Translations under genes and position numbers: made by a program
Notes under the pieces: model-generated
Database searches by the model: none
What the model was told of the DNA's origin: nothing
What the model saw: only the letters and a program-made list of their open reading frames with translations
Shown: positions 1 to 8,848 of the stretch, piece after piece
How positions within the stretch are numbered: position 1 is the stretch's first letter
Layout of the letters: each line of letters begins with the position of its first letter
DNA from: a virus
Virus record (IMG/VR): IMGVR_UViG_3300022602_000037
Length of the DNA: 64,000 nucleotides
Direction: 5' to 3' (one strand)

Positions 1-2
1 TT

Positions 3-1289
3 GACTGGGAAAACGGGGATAGTGATGTACTAAGTGCGGCAGAAGTCTACAGACTTATATTTGAAAGCAATCAGCCTTGGATGCTTTCAAGTAATGGTAC
101 TATCTTCACCTATGAAAAAGAAGGTATTATTCCAGGGCTACTTAAACGCTGGTATGCAGAACGTAAAGAGATGCAGGCCAAACTAAAGGAGGCTATAAAT
201 GCTGGAAACAAAATTGAAGAAGAATATTGGGATAAGCGACAGCTGGTTAAGAAAATTAACCTTAACAGTTTGTATGGCGCTATTCTTAACAGCGGTTGTC
301 GATTCTTTGATAAACGAATCGGACAATCAACAACGTTGGTCGGTCGCCAGATCGCAAAACATATGGCGAGTAAAGTAAATGAAATCATTGCCGGCGAATA
401 TAATCACATAGGAAAGGCAGTTATATATGGTGACACTGATAGTTGTTATTTTAGTGCTTATCGCACTCTACAGAAGGACATTGAAGCCGGACGTATTCCC
501 TGGACGAAAGAAACAGTCATCCAACTCTACGACCAAATAGGCGACGAAGTCAACGCTACATTCCCACAGTTTATGCTAGACTATTTCCACTGTCCAAAGA
601 CACGTGGAGAAGTTATCAAAGCAGGTCGTGAAATTGTTGGATCAAAGAGCTTGTTCATTACCAAGAAACGTTATGCTGTTCTTTACTATGATAAAGAAGG
701 CAAGCGTACAGATATAGATGGCAAGCCTGGTAAGATCAAGGCCATGGGCTTGGATCTAAAGCGTAGTGACACTCCAGAATTTATTCAAGACTTTTTAAGT
801 GAAGTTCTTGAAATGGTTCTAATGGGTAAAGATGAACAGGATGTGCTAGATCATATCAGTGCGTTCCGTATCAAATTTAAAGCTCGTCCTGGATGGGAAA
901 AAGGATCTCCCAAACGTGCTAATAACATTACCGACTATCAAGCTAAAGAAGCTAAAGCAGGTAAAGCTAATATGCCAGGACATGTACGTGCTAGTATTAA
1001 TTGGAACACTTTAAAACGTATGTATGGTGACAAGTATTCCATGGCTATTACAGACGGTGCTAAAGTTATTGTTTGTAAACTTAAACCTAATCCGTTAGGT
1101 TATACATCAGTCGCTTATCCAGTAGACGAACTGAGGTTACCGCAGTGGTTCAAAGATTTACCATTTGATCATGCTGAGATGGAAGCTACCATCATTGATA
1201 AGAAACTGGAGAACTTAATCGGTGTGCTTAAATGGGATATTACCAGCACCGAAGAAAAAAATACATTTAACAGTTTATTTGAGTTTTAA
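3..1289 (+). CDS. Family B DNA polymerase (T4 gp43-like), 5' part outside window
   Basis: Motif B KKINLNSLYG, motif C YGDTDS and KKRYA are present. The frame is open from position 3 (DWENGDSDVL...), so the gene starts upstream of the window. It ends in ...NTFNSLFEF, resembling a clamp-binding peptide. Confidence 0.97.
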   Translation, partial: DWENGDSDVLSAAEVYRLIFESNQPWMLSSNGTIFTYEKEGIIPGLLKRWYAERKEMQAKLKEAINAGNKIEEEYWDKRQLVKKINLNSLYGAILNSGCRFFDKRIGQSTTLVGRQIAKHMASKVNEIIAGEYNHIGKAVIYGDTDSCYFSAYRTLQKDIEAGRIPWTKETVIQLYDQIGDEVNATFPQFMLDYFHCPKTRGEVIKAGREIVGSKSLFITKKRYAVLYYDKEGKRTDIDGKPGKIKAMGLDLKRSDTPEFIQDFLSEVLEMVLMGKDEQDVLDHISAFRIKFKARPGWEKGSPKRANNITDYQAKEAKAGKANMPGHVRASINWNTLKRMYGDKYSMAITDGAKVIVCKLKPNPLGYTSVAYPVDELRLPQWFKDLPFDHAEMEATIIDKKLENLIGVLKWDITSTEEKNTFNSLFEF

Positions 1290-1290
1290 T

Positions 1291-2064
1291 ATGAATATAA
1301 TAATTGCAGGTTACGGATTTGTAGGCAAAGCAGTTGCTAACTCAATAGGTTCAAAGAATATGTTGTATATTGTTGATCCTAAAGTCAGCGAACATAAAAT
1401 AAAAGATTTTCCCTATGCGGAAGCTATTATAATTTGTGTAGGTACTCCTAGTACACAATTAGGTGATTGTGACATTAGTCAAATTACCAGTGTGCTGGAT
1501 GAAACGCCGATACATTTACCAGTGTTAATTAAATCGACTGTGCCACCCGACTATTTAGAAAAGATTCTAAAACAATATCCTCAACATGATATTTGTTACA
1601 GTCCAGAATTTTTACGTGCTGTAAGTGCTAACGAAGATTTTGCCAATCAAAAATATATGGTCATTGGTGGAATAGATCCAGAAGGTATTTGGCAAACAAT
1701 GTTCCAGGAATCTTTACCTAACTGTAAAATATTCTTTAGCACTAGTATTGTAGAAGCTAGTATGATCAAATATGCTACCAATTGTTTTTTAAGCGTTAAG
1801 GTTGCATTTTTTAATCAGATATACGATTTGTGCGAAAAGAATGGTGCAGATTATGGACTAGTTAGACAAGTATTAACTCATGATACTCGTATAGGCAATA
1901 GCCATATGATGGTGCCGGGCCCGGATGGTAGTAGAGGATTTGGTGGTGCGTGTTTCCCCAAGGATACAAATGCATTTATGCACTATTCAGATCGAATGAA
2001 TCAGTCACACACTTTGGTCGAATCGGCCATAAAGTACAACAAAAAGGTTAGGAAAAATCCTTGA
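1291..2064 (+). CDS. UDP-glucose/GDP-mannose 6-dehydrogenase family protein (short; C-terminal domain absent)
   Basis: Rossmann IAGYGFVG, CVGTP, KSTVPP, YSPEFLR, KY..N and catalytic GFGGACFPKD. The ATG at 1291 immediately follows the polymerase stop. Confidence 0.9.
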   Translation: MNIIIAGYGFVGKAVANSIGSKNMLYIVDPKVSEHKIKDFPYAEAIIICVGTPSTQLGDCDISQITSVLDETPIHLPVLIKSTVPPDYLEKILKQYPQHDICYSPEFLRAVSANEDFANQKYMVIGGIDPEGIWQTMFQESLPNCKIFFSTSIVEASMIKYATNCFLSVKVAFFNQIYDLCEKNGADYGLVRQVLTHDTRIGNSHMMVPGPDGSRGFGGACFPKDTNAFMHYSDRMNQSHTLVESAIKYNKKVRKNP

Positions 2065-2088
2065 CATTGTCTAAAAAACCTATATAAT
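2061..2088 (+). promoter_or_regulatory. sigma70-type promoter for the clamp/dpdA operon
   Basis: TTGACA (2061-2066), 16-nt spacer, TATAAT (2083-2088); GGAG RBS before ATG 2109. Confidence 0.75.
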
Positions 2089-2108
2089 AACAAAACATGG
2101 AGAATCAT

Positions 2109-2840
2109 ATGAAAGACTTTTTACAAGACCTAGTAGCACATACACATAGTTTGGGCTTTTTGCCTTTGGTCAAGGTAACTGCATCAGACACTGAAACTAT
2201 TATCGAATCTATGGCAGAAGATCGTTCAGTTATCTTAAATGCCAAGACACATAATCCAGTTGAAGATTTGGAGGGTGTATTTGGTATGCCTAACTTAAAC
2301 AAACTAGACATCCATTTGAAATGTCCAGAATATAAAGAAAATGCCACCATTCGTGTAATTAAACAAGAACGTAACGATGAAACAATCGTCACAGGTTTAC
2401 ATTTTGCCAACAACACAGGTGACTTCGAAAACGACTATCGTTTTATGAGTGTAGAAATTATCAATGACAAACTTAAAACAGTCAAATTCAAAGGTGCTAA
2501 ATGGGATATTGAATTTGTTCCTACAATAGCATCTATTCAAAGATTAAAATTCCAGTCAGCGGCACATACAGAAGAGCCGACATTTCAAGTTACTACAGAC
2601 AACAGTAATTTAGTGTTTAGCTTTGGTGATGCTAGTACACATGCTGGATCGTTTACATTTGCAAGCGGTATTACTGGCAAACTAAAACAAGCATGGTCGT
2701 GGCCTGTTGCTCAAGTACAGAGTATTTTGAATCTTGCAGGCGATATTACAATGAAATTTTCTGATGCAGGCGCATTGAATATTACAGTAGATAGCGGTAT
2801 TGCAGTTTACGACTACATTTTACCAGCACAAAGCAAATAA
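2109..2840 (+). CDS. Probable DNA sliding clamp (gp45/PCNA-like)
   Basis: About 243 aa with a two-domain alpha/beta pattern. The C-terminus ITMKFSDAGALNITVDSGIAVYDYILPA resembles the PCNA/gp45 terminal strands. It lies two genes from the polymerase. The fold is inferred, not verified. Confidence 0.6.
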   Translation: MKDFLQDLVAHTHSLGFLPLVKVTASDTETIIESMAEDRSVILNAKTHNPVEDLEGVFGMPNLNKLDIHLKCPEYKENATIRVIKQERNDETIVTGLHFANNTGDFENDYRFMSVEIINDKLKTVKFKGAKWDIEFVPTIASIQRLKFQSAAHTEEPTFQVTTDNSNLVFSFGDASTHAGSFTFASGITGKLKQAWSWPVAQVQSILNLAGDITMKFSDAGALNITVDSGIAVYDYILPAQSK

Positions 2841-3019
2841 TGACAGAACTTCATAAACGTACAATAGTCAGAGCACTGACTTATAGAATAGTAGCATTGC
2901 TAATCACAGCTATATGGACTGGATTAAGCGATGCTGTAATCATACATAGCATCTTAACTGCTGTGCATTATGTTATGGAAAGAATCTGGTTAAAAATTAA
3001 GTGGGGTCGAATTGAATAA
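2840..3019 (+). CDS. Small membrane protein, DUF2061-like (not in ORF track)
   Basis: Translated by hand: MTELHKRTIVRALTYRIVALLITAIWTGLSDAVIIHSILTAVHYVMERIWLKIKWGRIE (59 aa). The R..K/RALTYR...YxxERIW.KI.WG pattern is typical of DUF2061. It overlaps both neighbours. Confidence 0.7.
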   Translation: MTELHKRTIVRALTYRIVALLITAIWTGLSDAVIIHSILTAVHYVMERIWLKIKWGRIE

Positions 3020-4565
3020 GAACTTAACAGCAACTCAGAACGATTACGCATATTTCCTGCCAGCTACGTCAGGATTTTACAGTACATACATAGGTAAACA
3101 ACGTCACGGCAACTATGTAGATCCTGCTCGCATACCTGCTAGTTTTGGTCCTATGGGTATCGAAGCTATGAACTATCTAGATCCCAATGCGGCATTTTAT
3201 TATGACCATTGTTTGTATTCAGCGGGTCATGCGAATTTAGATTTGAATAAACACGATCCTAGCGAAGACATGTTCCGTAATCGCAACCGTGCTACTAGTT
3301 GGGTGTTAGGTGATTCAGGCGGATTCCAAATTGGTAAAGGCAAGTGGGAAGGTGACTGGAAAAATCCTAACTGCCCTAAGGCACAGAAGAAACGCGAACA
3401 AGTGCTTAAATGGATGGATGCACTTATGGACTATGGCATGTGTTTAGATATACCTGCTTGGGTTGCTCGTAGTCCCGAAGGTGCAAAAGCAACAGGCATT
3501 AGCACTTATGCAGAAGCAGTACAGGCTACATTTATTAACAATGATTATTTTATTAATAATCGCAATGGTAATTGCAAATTCTTAAATGTATTACAAGGTG
3601 AAAATCATACAGATGCCGAAGGATGGTATCAACATATGAAAAAGTATTGCGACCCTAAACAATATACTAATCATTTTAATGGTTGGGCGATGGGTGGACA
3701 GAATATGTGTGACATACATTTGACCTTAAAACGTCTAGTAGCGTTACGATTTGACGGCCTGTTAGAAAAAGGCGAACAAGACTGGATGCACTTCTTGGGT
3801 ACTAGTAAACTTGAATGGGCATTGATTTTAACAGATATACAACGTGCAGTTCGTAAGCATCATAATAGCGACTTTACTATTAGTTTTGACTGTGCTAGTC
3901 CGTTTTTGGCAACTGCTAATGGACAAATTTATGTACAAACAGAAATCAAAGATCGTGAAAAATGGTTGTATCGTATGCTACCTAGTTTAGACAATAAGAA
4001 ATATAAAAATGATAATCGATTATTCCAAGACGTAGTAGTACAAGACAAACATTTTGCTAATTTTGAAACAAGTCCTATCATGGACGGAGTCAAAGTTAAT
4101 GAAATCTGTATATATGGTCCAAACGATCTAAACAAAATTGGTAAGGTGGGCAAAACATCTTGGGATAGTTTTACCTATGCTATCATGATGGGACACAATG
4201 TATGGATGCATATCAATGCCGTACAAGAAGCAAATCGTCAGTATGATGCAGGATTGTGTCCTAGTATGCTTGTACAGGAAAAATTTGATAGACTTTATGC
4301 TAAGGATGTAATTGAAGCTATATTTGCAACAAGTGATCGAGGAACAGCAGACGCTATTGTAGACGAATTTAGTCGTTTTTGGATGGCTATTCCTGGTACT
4401 AGAGGATATACCGGTAAGAAAACTGTAAATCCAACTACAAAATATTTCGAATTGTTTGACGAAGTGGATACAGATAGTGTACAATCAGAAGATGAGCCAG
4501 ACTTCAGTGACGAAGTTTCCGATAAACTAGACGAATTAGAGGCTAGTGTACATGACATTACCTGA
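3012..4565 (+). CDS. dpdA: DpdA-like DNA-guanine transglycosylase (TGT fold; 7-deazaguanine insertion into DNA)
   Basis: TGT motifs LGDSGGFQ, MCLDIP, NVLQG, GWAMGG, MHFLG and ISFDCASP, clustered with folE, queE and a QueD-fold gene in a phage. TTG start; acidic C-terminal tail. Confidence 0.8.
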   Translation: MNKNLTATQNDYAYFLPATSGFYSTYIGKQRHGNYVDPARIPASFGPMGIEAMNYLDPNAAFYYDHCLYSAGHANLDLNKHDPSEDMFRNRNRATSWVLGDSGGFQIGKGKWEGDWKNPNCPKAQKKREQVLKWMDALMDYGMCLDIPAWVARSPEGAKATGISTYAEAVQATFINNDYFINNRNGNCKFLNVLQGENHTDAEGWYQHMKKYCDPKQYTNHFNGWAMGGQNMCDIHLTLKRLVALRFDGLLEKGEQDWMHFLGTSKLEWALILTDIQRAVRKHHNSDFTISFDCASPFLATANGQIYVQTEIKDREKWLYRMLPSLDNKKYKNDNRLFQDVVVQDKHFANFETSPIMDGVKVNEICIYGPNDLNKIGKVGKTSWDSFTYAIMMGHNVWMHINAVQEANRQYDAGLCPSMLVQEKFDRLYAKDVIEAIFATSDRGTADAIVDEFSRFWMAIPGTRGYTGKKTVNPTTKYFELFDEVDTDSVQSEDEPDFSDEVSDKLDELEASVHDIT

Positions 4566-4812
4566 TGAACGATTTAGAAGTATACAACGCACAGAAGAAT
4601 TCTTAACGGATTTAATGAATCCTCAAAAGACTCCACGTATTCCAAAAGAAATACGTGAGCAAGCTCGCTGGTGTTTGCGTCATTACCCTAGTTATCATAA
4701 TCTAAAAGAATTAGAACGTGCGGCACCTAATGTTGTACAAGAACGTATGGAAGATGTTAACCGTATGATAAAATATTGGGAAGAAGGAAAGAAATTTACA
4801 AATGAAAACTAG
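4552..4812 (+). CDS. Hypothetical phage protein
   Basis: Translationally coupled ORF MTLPDERFRS...WCLRHYPS. Confidence 0.7.
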   Translation: MTLPDERFRSIQRTEEFLTDLMNPQKTPRIPKEIREQARWCLRHYPSYHNLKELERAAPNVVQERMEDVNRMIKYWEEGKKFTNEN

Positions 4813-5689
4813 TTTAGTTATAGGTATGGGCATTGGTAATTTATATGCTAAAGTGTTATCCGAATTAGGTCACGGTGTTGTCACAGTGGATAGCGACCCC
4901 GCCAAAGGAGCAGACTTCGAAACAGTCGATGCGGCCATTGTAGCATGCCATATGTTTGATACTGTACATATTTGTACTCCTAATTTTACACATTTTGATA
5001 TTGCTACTAAAGTTGCTAAATGTTCTAATATAGTGTTCATTGAAAAACCAGGTGTTAGTACTAGTAACATATGGTATACATTAGTTAAGACATTTCCAAA
5101 TACACGCTTTATGATGGTAAAGAACAATCAATGGCGCAGTAATTTTTCAGAAATCAAACAAATGGCAGATCGGGCAAAAACTATTAATCTTCGTTGGATT
5201 AATAAAGATCGAATACCTAGTCCAGGAAGTTGGTTTACTACAAAAAAATTAGCATTTGGTGGAGTTAGTAGAGATCTAATGCCGCATTTATTAAGTTGGA
5301 TGACTAAATTAGATCCAAACTATAAAAATTCAGAAAGATTACTGCAAACACATCATCAACGTTGGAAATTAGAAGATTTGCTTACTACAGACTATGGTAC
5401 TGTAAATCCTAATGGTACATATGATGTAGACGATTTTTATTATTTAGAATATAAAACCAATAATAAACGTTGGTTATTGACTGCCGATTGGCGTAGTGTA
5501 GGCGATGAAAGGATACATATTCAATTTATATACCCTGAAGATGATTACGATATTGTTCCTTTAGGTTTATGCCCAGAAGATGCATATAAAAGTATGATCG
5601 AAGACGCTATTGCAAACCTAAATAATAATGAGTTCTGGAATAATCAATTAGAACAAGATTTGTGGATACACGAACAAATATCAATATGA
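4802..5689 (+). CDS. Gfo/Idh/MocA-family NAD(P)-dependent oxidoreductase
   Basis: VIGMGIG Rossmann, ICTPNFTH, FIEKPG and GGVSRDLMPH (GGxxxDxxxH). Confidence 0.85.
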   Translation: MKTSLVIGMGIGNLYAKVLSELGHGVVTVDSDPAKGADFETVDAAIVACHMFDTVHICTPNFTHFDIATKVAKCSNIVFIEKPGVSTSNIWYTLVKTFPNTRFMMVKNNQWRSNFSEIKQMADRAKTINLRWINKDRIPSPGSWFTTKKLAFGGVSRDLMPHLLSWMTKLDPNYKNSERLLQTHHQRWKLEDLLTTDYGTVNPNGTYDVDDFYYLEYKTNNKRWLLTADWRSVGDERIHIQFIYPEDDYDIVPLGLCPEDAYKSMIEDAIANLNNNEFWNNQLEQDLWIHEQISI

Positions 5690-6591
5690 AAGTAAAATGT
5701 TTACAAACTCAAGGTCGAGGCTACTTTGAAGAAGTAGATTACGAAATTGGACCATGGGCACAAGATAGTATATATGTTCGTGCTGTTATGACAGGTGTTT
5801 GCCGTAGCGACATAGATATGATGATGGGAGAATTTGGACCATTACCCTTACACATGCAGGGCCATGAAGGTATTGGGCAGGTTATGACAGTAGGAGCAAA
5901 TTGTAACGATGTTCAAGTAGGTGATTATGTTGCTACACGTGGCGAACCTGCTTATGCTGATCAATATACTGTACGCAAAGATGAATATGTAAAGATTCCA
6001 GAAGCACATCCTCGCTATATTTTAGAACCAGTAGCTTGTGGTATCAATCTTATCAATCAGGCTAAAACATATTTCCAAGACCGTCAGGGTAGAAATGAAA
6101 ACAACAGAGTACTAATCCTGGGTAGCGGATTCTTAGCATGGGTGGCTTATCATACCTTACGTCTAAATGGTTATATCTTTCATGTAGATGTATTAGGGCA
6201 TAGTAACAAAGAATTATGGAATGATCGATTGTTGCCAAGTACTATCGAAAACTATGATATTGTTATCGATCTAAGTGGCAATTACGAATTAGGCACACAG
6301 ATTAACCTAAATAACAATGCGGTCATTATCGATGGCGTTGGTAAGGCAGTATCAAAACAAGAAGCACAGCAACAACTTTGGAAGGCTGTTACTACTATTA
6401 AACCGAGTCCACGTAATCCTGAGTTCATAGATTGTATGCGCATGGCCAAGTATTGGATTGAAAACGGTTATCTCGAGGTTGATCATTTCTGGACAAGATC
6501 ATATAATCGTACTACAGAATGGCAACAAGCGTTTGCGGACGGCGCTAATCGTCCGAGTGGTTACAGCAGAGGCTATATCAAATGGGATTAA
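5686..6591 (+). CDS. Zn-dependent medium-chain (polyol/sugar) dehydrogenase
   Basis: GVCRSD catalytic-Zn Cys, GHEGIG motif, LEPVAC and ILGSGFLA. The 4-Cys structural Zn lobe is absent. Confidence 0.85.
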   Translation: MKVKCLQTQGRGYFEEVDYEIGPWAQDSIYVRAVMTGVCRSDIDMMMGEFGPLPLHMQGHEGIGQVMTVGANCNDVQVGDYVATRGEPAYADQYTVRKDEYVKIPEAHPRYILEPVACGINLINQAKTYFQDRQGRNENNRVLILGSGFLAWVAYHTLRLNGYIFHVDVLGHSNKELWNDRLLPSTIENYDIVIDLSGNYELGTQINLNNNAVIIDGVGKAVSKQEAQQQLWKAVTTIKPSPRNPEFIDCMRMAKYWIENGYLEVDHFWTRSYNRTTEWQQAFADGANRPSGYSRGYIKWD

Positions 6592-7121
6592 ACACTGAAG
6601 AAAGACAAGGTGTTACGTACTTTACAGGCTACGAAGTTGAACATACAGTTTGTCATGGTATGTACACACTATTTGTAGTTGGTACACCGCCAGTTGAAGA
6701 TATACTCCGTATTGCCGATGATAGTCAGGCCCTTTTAGACGAGTCTAAACGCATTAAACATATCTACTTTGGTACTAGTCAAAGTTTCAATCCTTTAAGT
6801 ATCACACACGACCAATACAAACGCTGGGATGATGTTATTATTCCATGCCTAAAGAAAGACTACTGGGTTACATTAGACTTTGATGTTGCTCATGTAGAAG
6901 GAGTACTTGAATCTTGCTATTGTGAATATCCAAGATTCGTACCAATGATTAGCTGTAAGATTCCTTACATCAATCAACTTAACTATAACGCCACACTTAA
7001 ACTAGATGATCTTACTTGGGGTAAGACTAATCCGGGTGTGTGGACACATCAACTACATGATCTAATGAGTAAGGACAAGTATACTTATTGGGATCAATAT
7101 ACACAAGATACACCAACATGA
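6582..7121 (+). CDS. Hypothetical protein in the deazaguanine cluster
   Basis: 179-aa ORF overlapping both neighbours; FTGYEVEHT, HIYFG and NPGVW segments; no family recognised. Confidence 0.75.
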   Translation: MGLNTEERQGVTYFTGYEVEHTVCHGMYTLFVVGTPPVEDILRIADDSQALLDESKRIKHIYFGTSQSFNPLSITHDQYKRWDDVIIPCLKKDYWVTLDFDVAHVEGVLESCYCEYPRFVPMISCKIPYINQLNYNATLKLDDLTWGKTNPGVWTHQLHDLMSKDKYTYWDQYTQDTPT

Positions 7122-7507
7122 TTATTAGACAAGACGTTCGACCAAACAAGATGATCTGGGTCACCTTCCAAAAAGAAGGCATCCATGCCTATCCAGCGGC
7201 CGCAACTGATCCAAACTTAGCAACAGGAGATGAATATGATGTATCGTTTTTGGCTACTCCTCATCGCCATATATTCCATTTTCGCGTTTGGCTTTCAGTT
7301 ACCCACAACGACCGTGATGTCGAATTCATCCAGTTCAAACGCTGGTTGGAAAATTTATACAAAGACAGTATACTAAAACTAGATTATAAAAGTTGCGAGA
7401 TGATGTCAGATGATTTATATGACATGATTTCACAAAAGTATCCCAACCGTGAGGTTTGGATTGAGGTCTCCGAAGACGGAGAAAATGGTTCATTTATTAA
7501 ATATTAA
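7118..7507 (+). CDS. QueD/6-pyruvoyltetrahydropterin-synthase (T-fold) paralogue, DpdL-like
   Basis: EGIH..., FLATPHRHIF (LxxxHRHxF in place of the QueD CxxxHGH), SCEMM and IEVSED; about 129 aa. Confidence 0.7.
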   Translation: MIIRQDVRPNKMIWVTFQKEGIHAYPAAATDPNLATGDEYDVSFLATPHRHIFHFRVWLSVTHNDRDVEFIQFKRWLENLYKDSILKLDYKSCEMMSDDLYDMISQKYPNREVWIEVSEDGENGSFIKY

Positions 7508-7518
7508 GGAAAGCTATA

Positions 7519-7776
7519 ATGGCTAAGAACTACAAGGACATTAATTATTTAGAAACCCGTCCTGATATCGTTAAGATCTTTGATGATCTAGAGGCATTCC
7601 ATAATTGGTGCCGTTTGGAACTTTGTGAGTTCAACCCAGCCCATCTTTATAATAGAGAAAGCTGGCAGTGGCGTAATTTTGATAAGACCCGCCGTCCTAA
7701 GAAACCTGGAAATGGTGAGCGCAAACCTTACTTAGGCAAGAATCCTCGTCCTTACAATGAACGTATTTCTAATTGA
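7519..7776 (+). CDS. Hypothetical basic protein
   Basis: AAGGA RBS; IFDDLEAF..WCR pattern; basic C-terminus. Confidence 0.7.
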   Translation: MAKNYKDINYLETRPDIVKIFDDLEAFHNWCRLELCEFNPAHLYNRESWQWRNFDKTRRPKKPGNGERKPYLGKNPRPYNERISN

Positions 7777-8848
7777 TCTAGAAGCAGTAGAAACAAGGTA
7801 CACTGGCGAATGGAAGCGCCATGTACCTGCTCTCTTACGAAAGGCAAGACACAATGTTCAAGTTATATCTGGGCCTACGGATATTCCTACAGCCACTACT
7901 CCTGGTGCTTTTCTTAATTTTGGCGGCACCAATATCTATAAGTCTAGCCAAGTGGAACAAATGGGGCGCCTATTTTGCTCCGGATCAGTACAGCCTGGCG
8001 ATCACTTCTTGTTTACCGATGCTTGGCATCCTGGCATCATAAACTTAAAGTACATGAGTGAACTACTAGGCATCCCAGTAACAACACACGGACTATGGCA
8101 TGCCGGTAGTTATGATCCCCAAGATTTCTTAGGACGACTAGTTGGTAACAAACCCTGGGTACGTCATGCTGAGAAAAGTTTTTTTGCGGCATTTGATCAC
8201 AATTACTTTGCTACCCAATTCCATATTGATATGTTCCATCATAATTTATTAAATGATGGCATGGTTGAAAATCCTTGGGAGGAAGAAGACAAAGCAGACA
8301 TGATTGGAGATAAGAAGTATGTTCGCACAGGTTGGCCCATGGAGTATATGGACGATACATTAACCATGTATAAGAATATGCCCAAGCGTGACTTAATTCT
8401 TTTTCCGCATCGCATAGCACCCGAGAAGCAAGTTGAGATTTTTAGAGACTTAGCTACACACTTACCGCAGTATGAATTTGTAGTATGTCAGGATCAACAG
8501 CTAACAAAAAATGAATATCATAATTTGTTAGGCGAAGCAAAGATGGTGTTTAGTGCTAACTTACAAGAAACTTTAGGAATTAGTTGCTACGAAGGTGCAG
8601 TAGTTGATGCTATTCCCATGGTCCCGGATCGGTTGAGCTATACAGAAATGTATTATGATATGTTCAAGTATGACAGTAAATGGACTGAAAGCTATGATGC
8701 TTATACAGTATATCGTCCAGACTTATGTCGTGCTATCATGACACATATGGATTATTATTCTACGAGAATACCCCACATACGCAAACAAGCAAAGGATTTA
8801 CATGACAACTTCTTCAGCGCTACCGGACTACTCGATAACATCAAGTGA
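7757..8848 (+). CDS. GT-B fold (GT4-like) glycosyltransferase
   Basis: LFTDAWHPG, LWHAGSYDP, FPHRIAPEKQ and the C-terminal ETLGISCYE (Ex7E) followed by PDRLSYTE, typical of retaining GT-B enzymes. Confidence 0.8.
   Translation: MNVFLIDLEAVETRYTGEWKRHVPALLRKARHNVQVISGPTDIPTATTPGAFLNFGGTNIYKSSQVEQMGRLFCSGSVQPGDHFLFTDAWHPGIINLKYMSELLGIPVTTHGLWHAGSYDPQDFLGRLVGNKPWVRHAEKSFFAAFDHNYFATQFHIDMFHHNLLNDGMVENPWEEEDKADMIGDKKYVRTGWPMEYMDDTLTMYKNMPKRDLILFPHRIAPEKQVEIFRDLATHLPQYEFVVCQDQQLTKNEYHNLLGEAKMVFSANLQETLGISCYEGAVVDAIPMVPDRLSYTEMYYDMFKYDSKWTESYDAYTVYRPDLCRAIMTHMDYYSTRIPHIRKQAKDLHDNFFSATGLLDNIK

Noticed and set aside
1222-1290. Longest-ORF starts in the track (1222, 2097, 5662, 7088, 9993, 10729, 11438, 12804, 13889, 14025, 21612, 62955)
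   Set aside because: They overlap upstream genes extensively or lack an RBS. Downstream ATGs with an RBS or stop-start coupling were used instead.
3012-4565. Interpretation as a tRNA-guanine transglycosylase (queuosine tRNA modification)
   Set aside because: It lacks the C-terminal CxCxxC...H Zn site of bacterial TGT, is longer and divergent, and sits beside replication genes, so DNA-acting DpdA is more likely. tRNA activity is not formally excluded.
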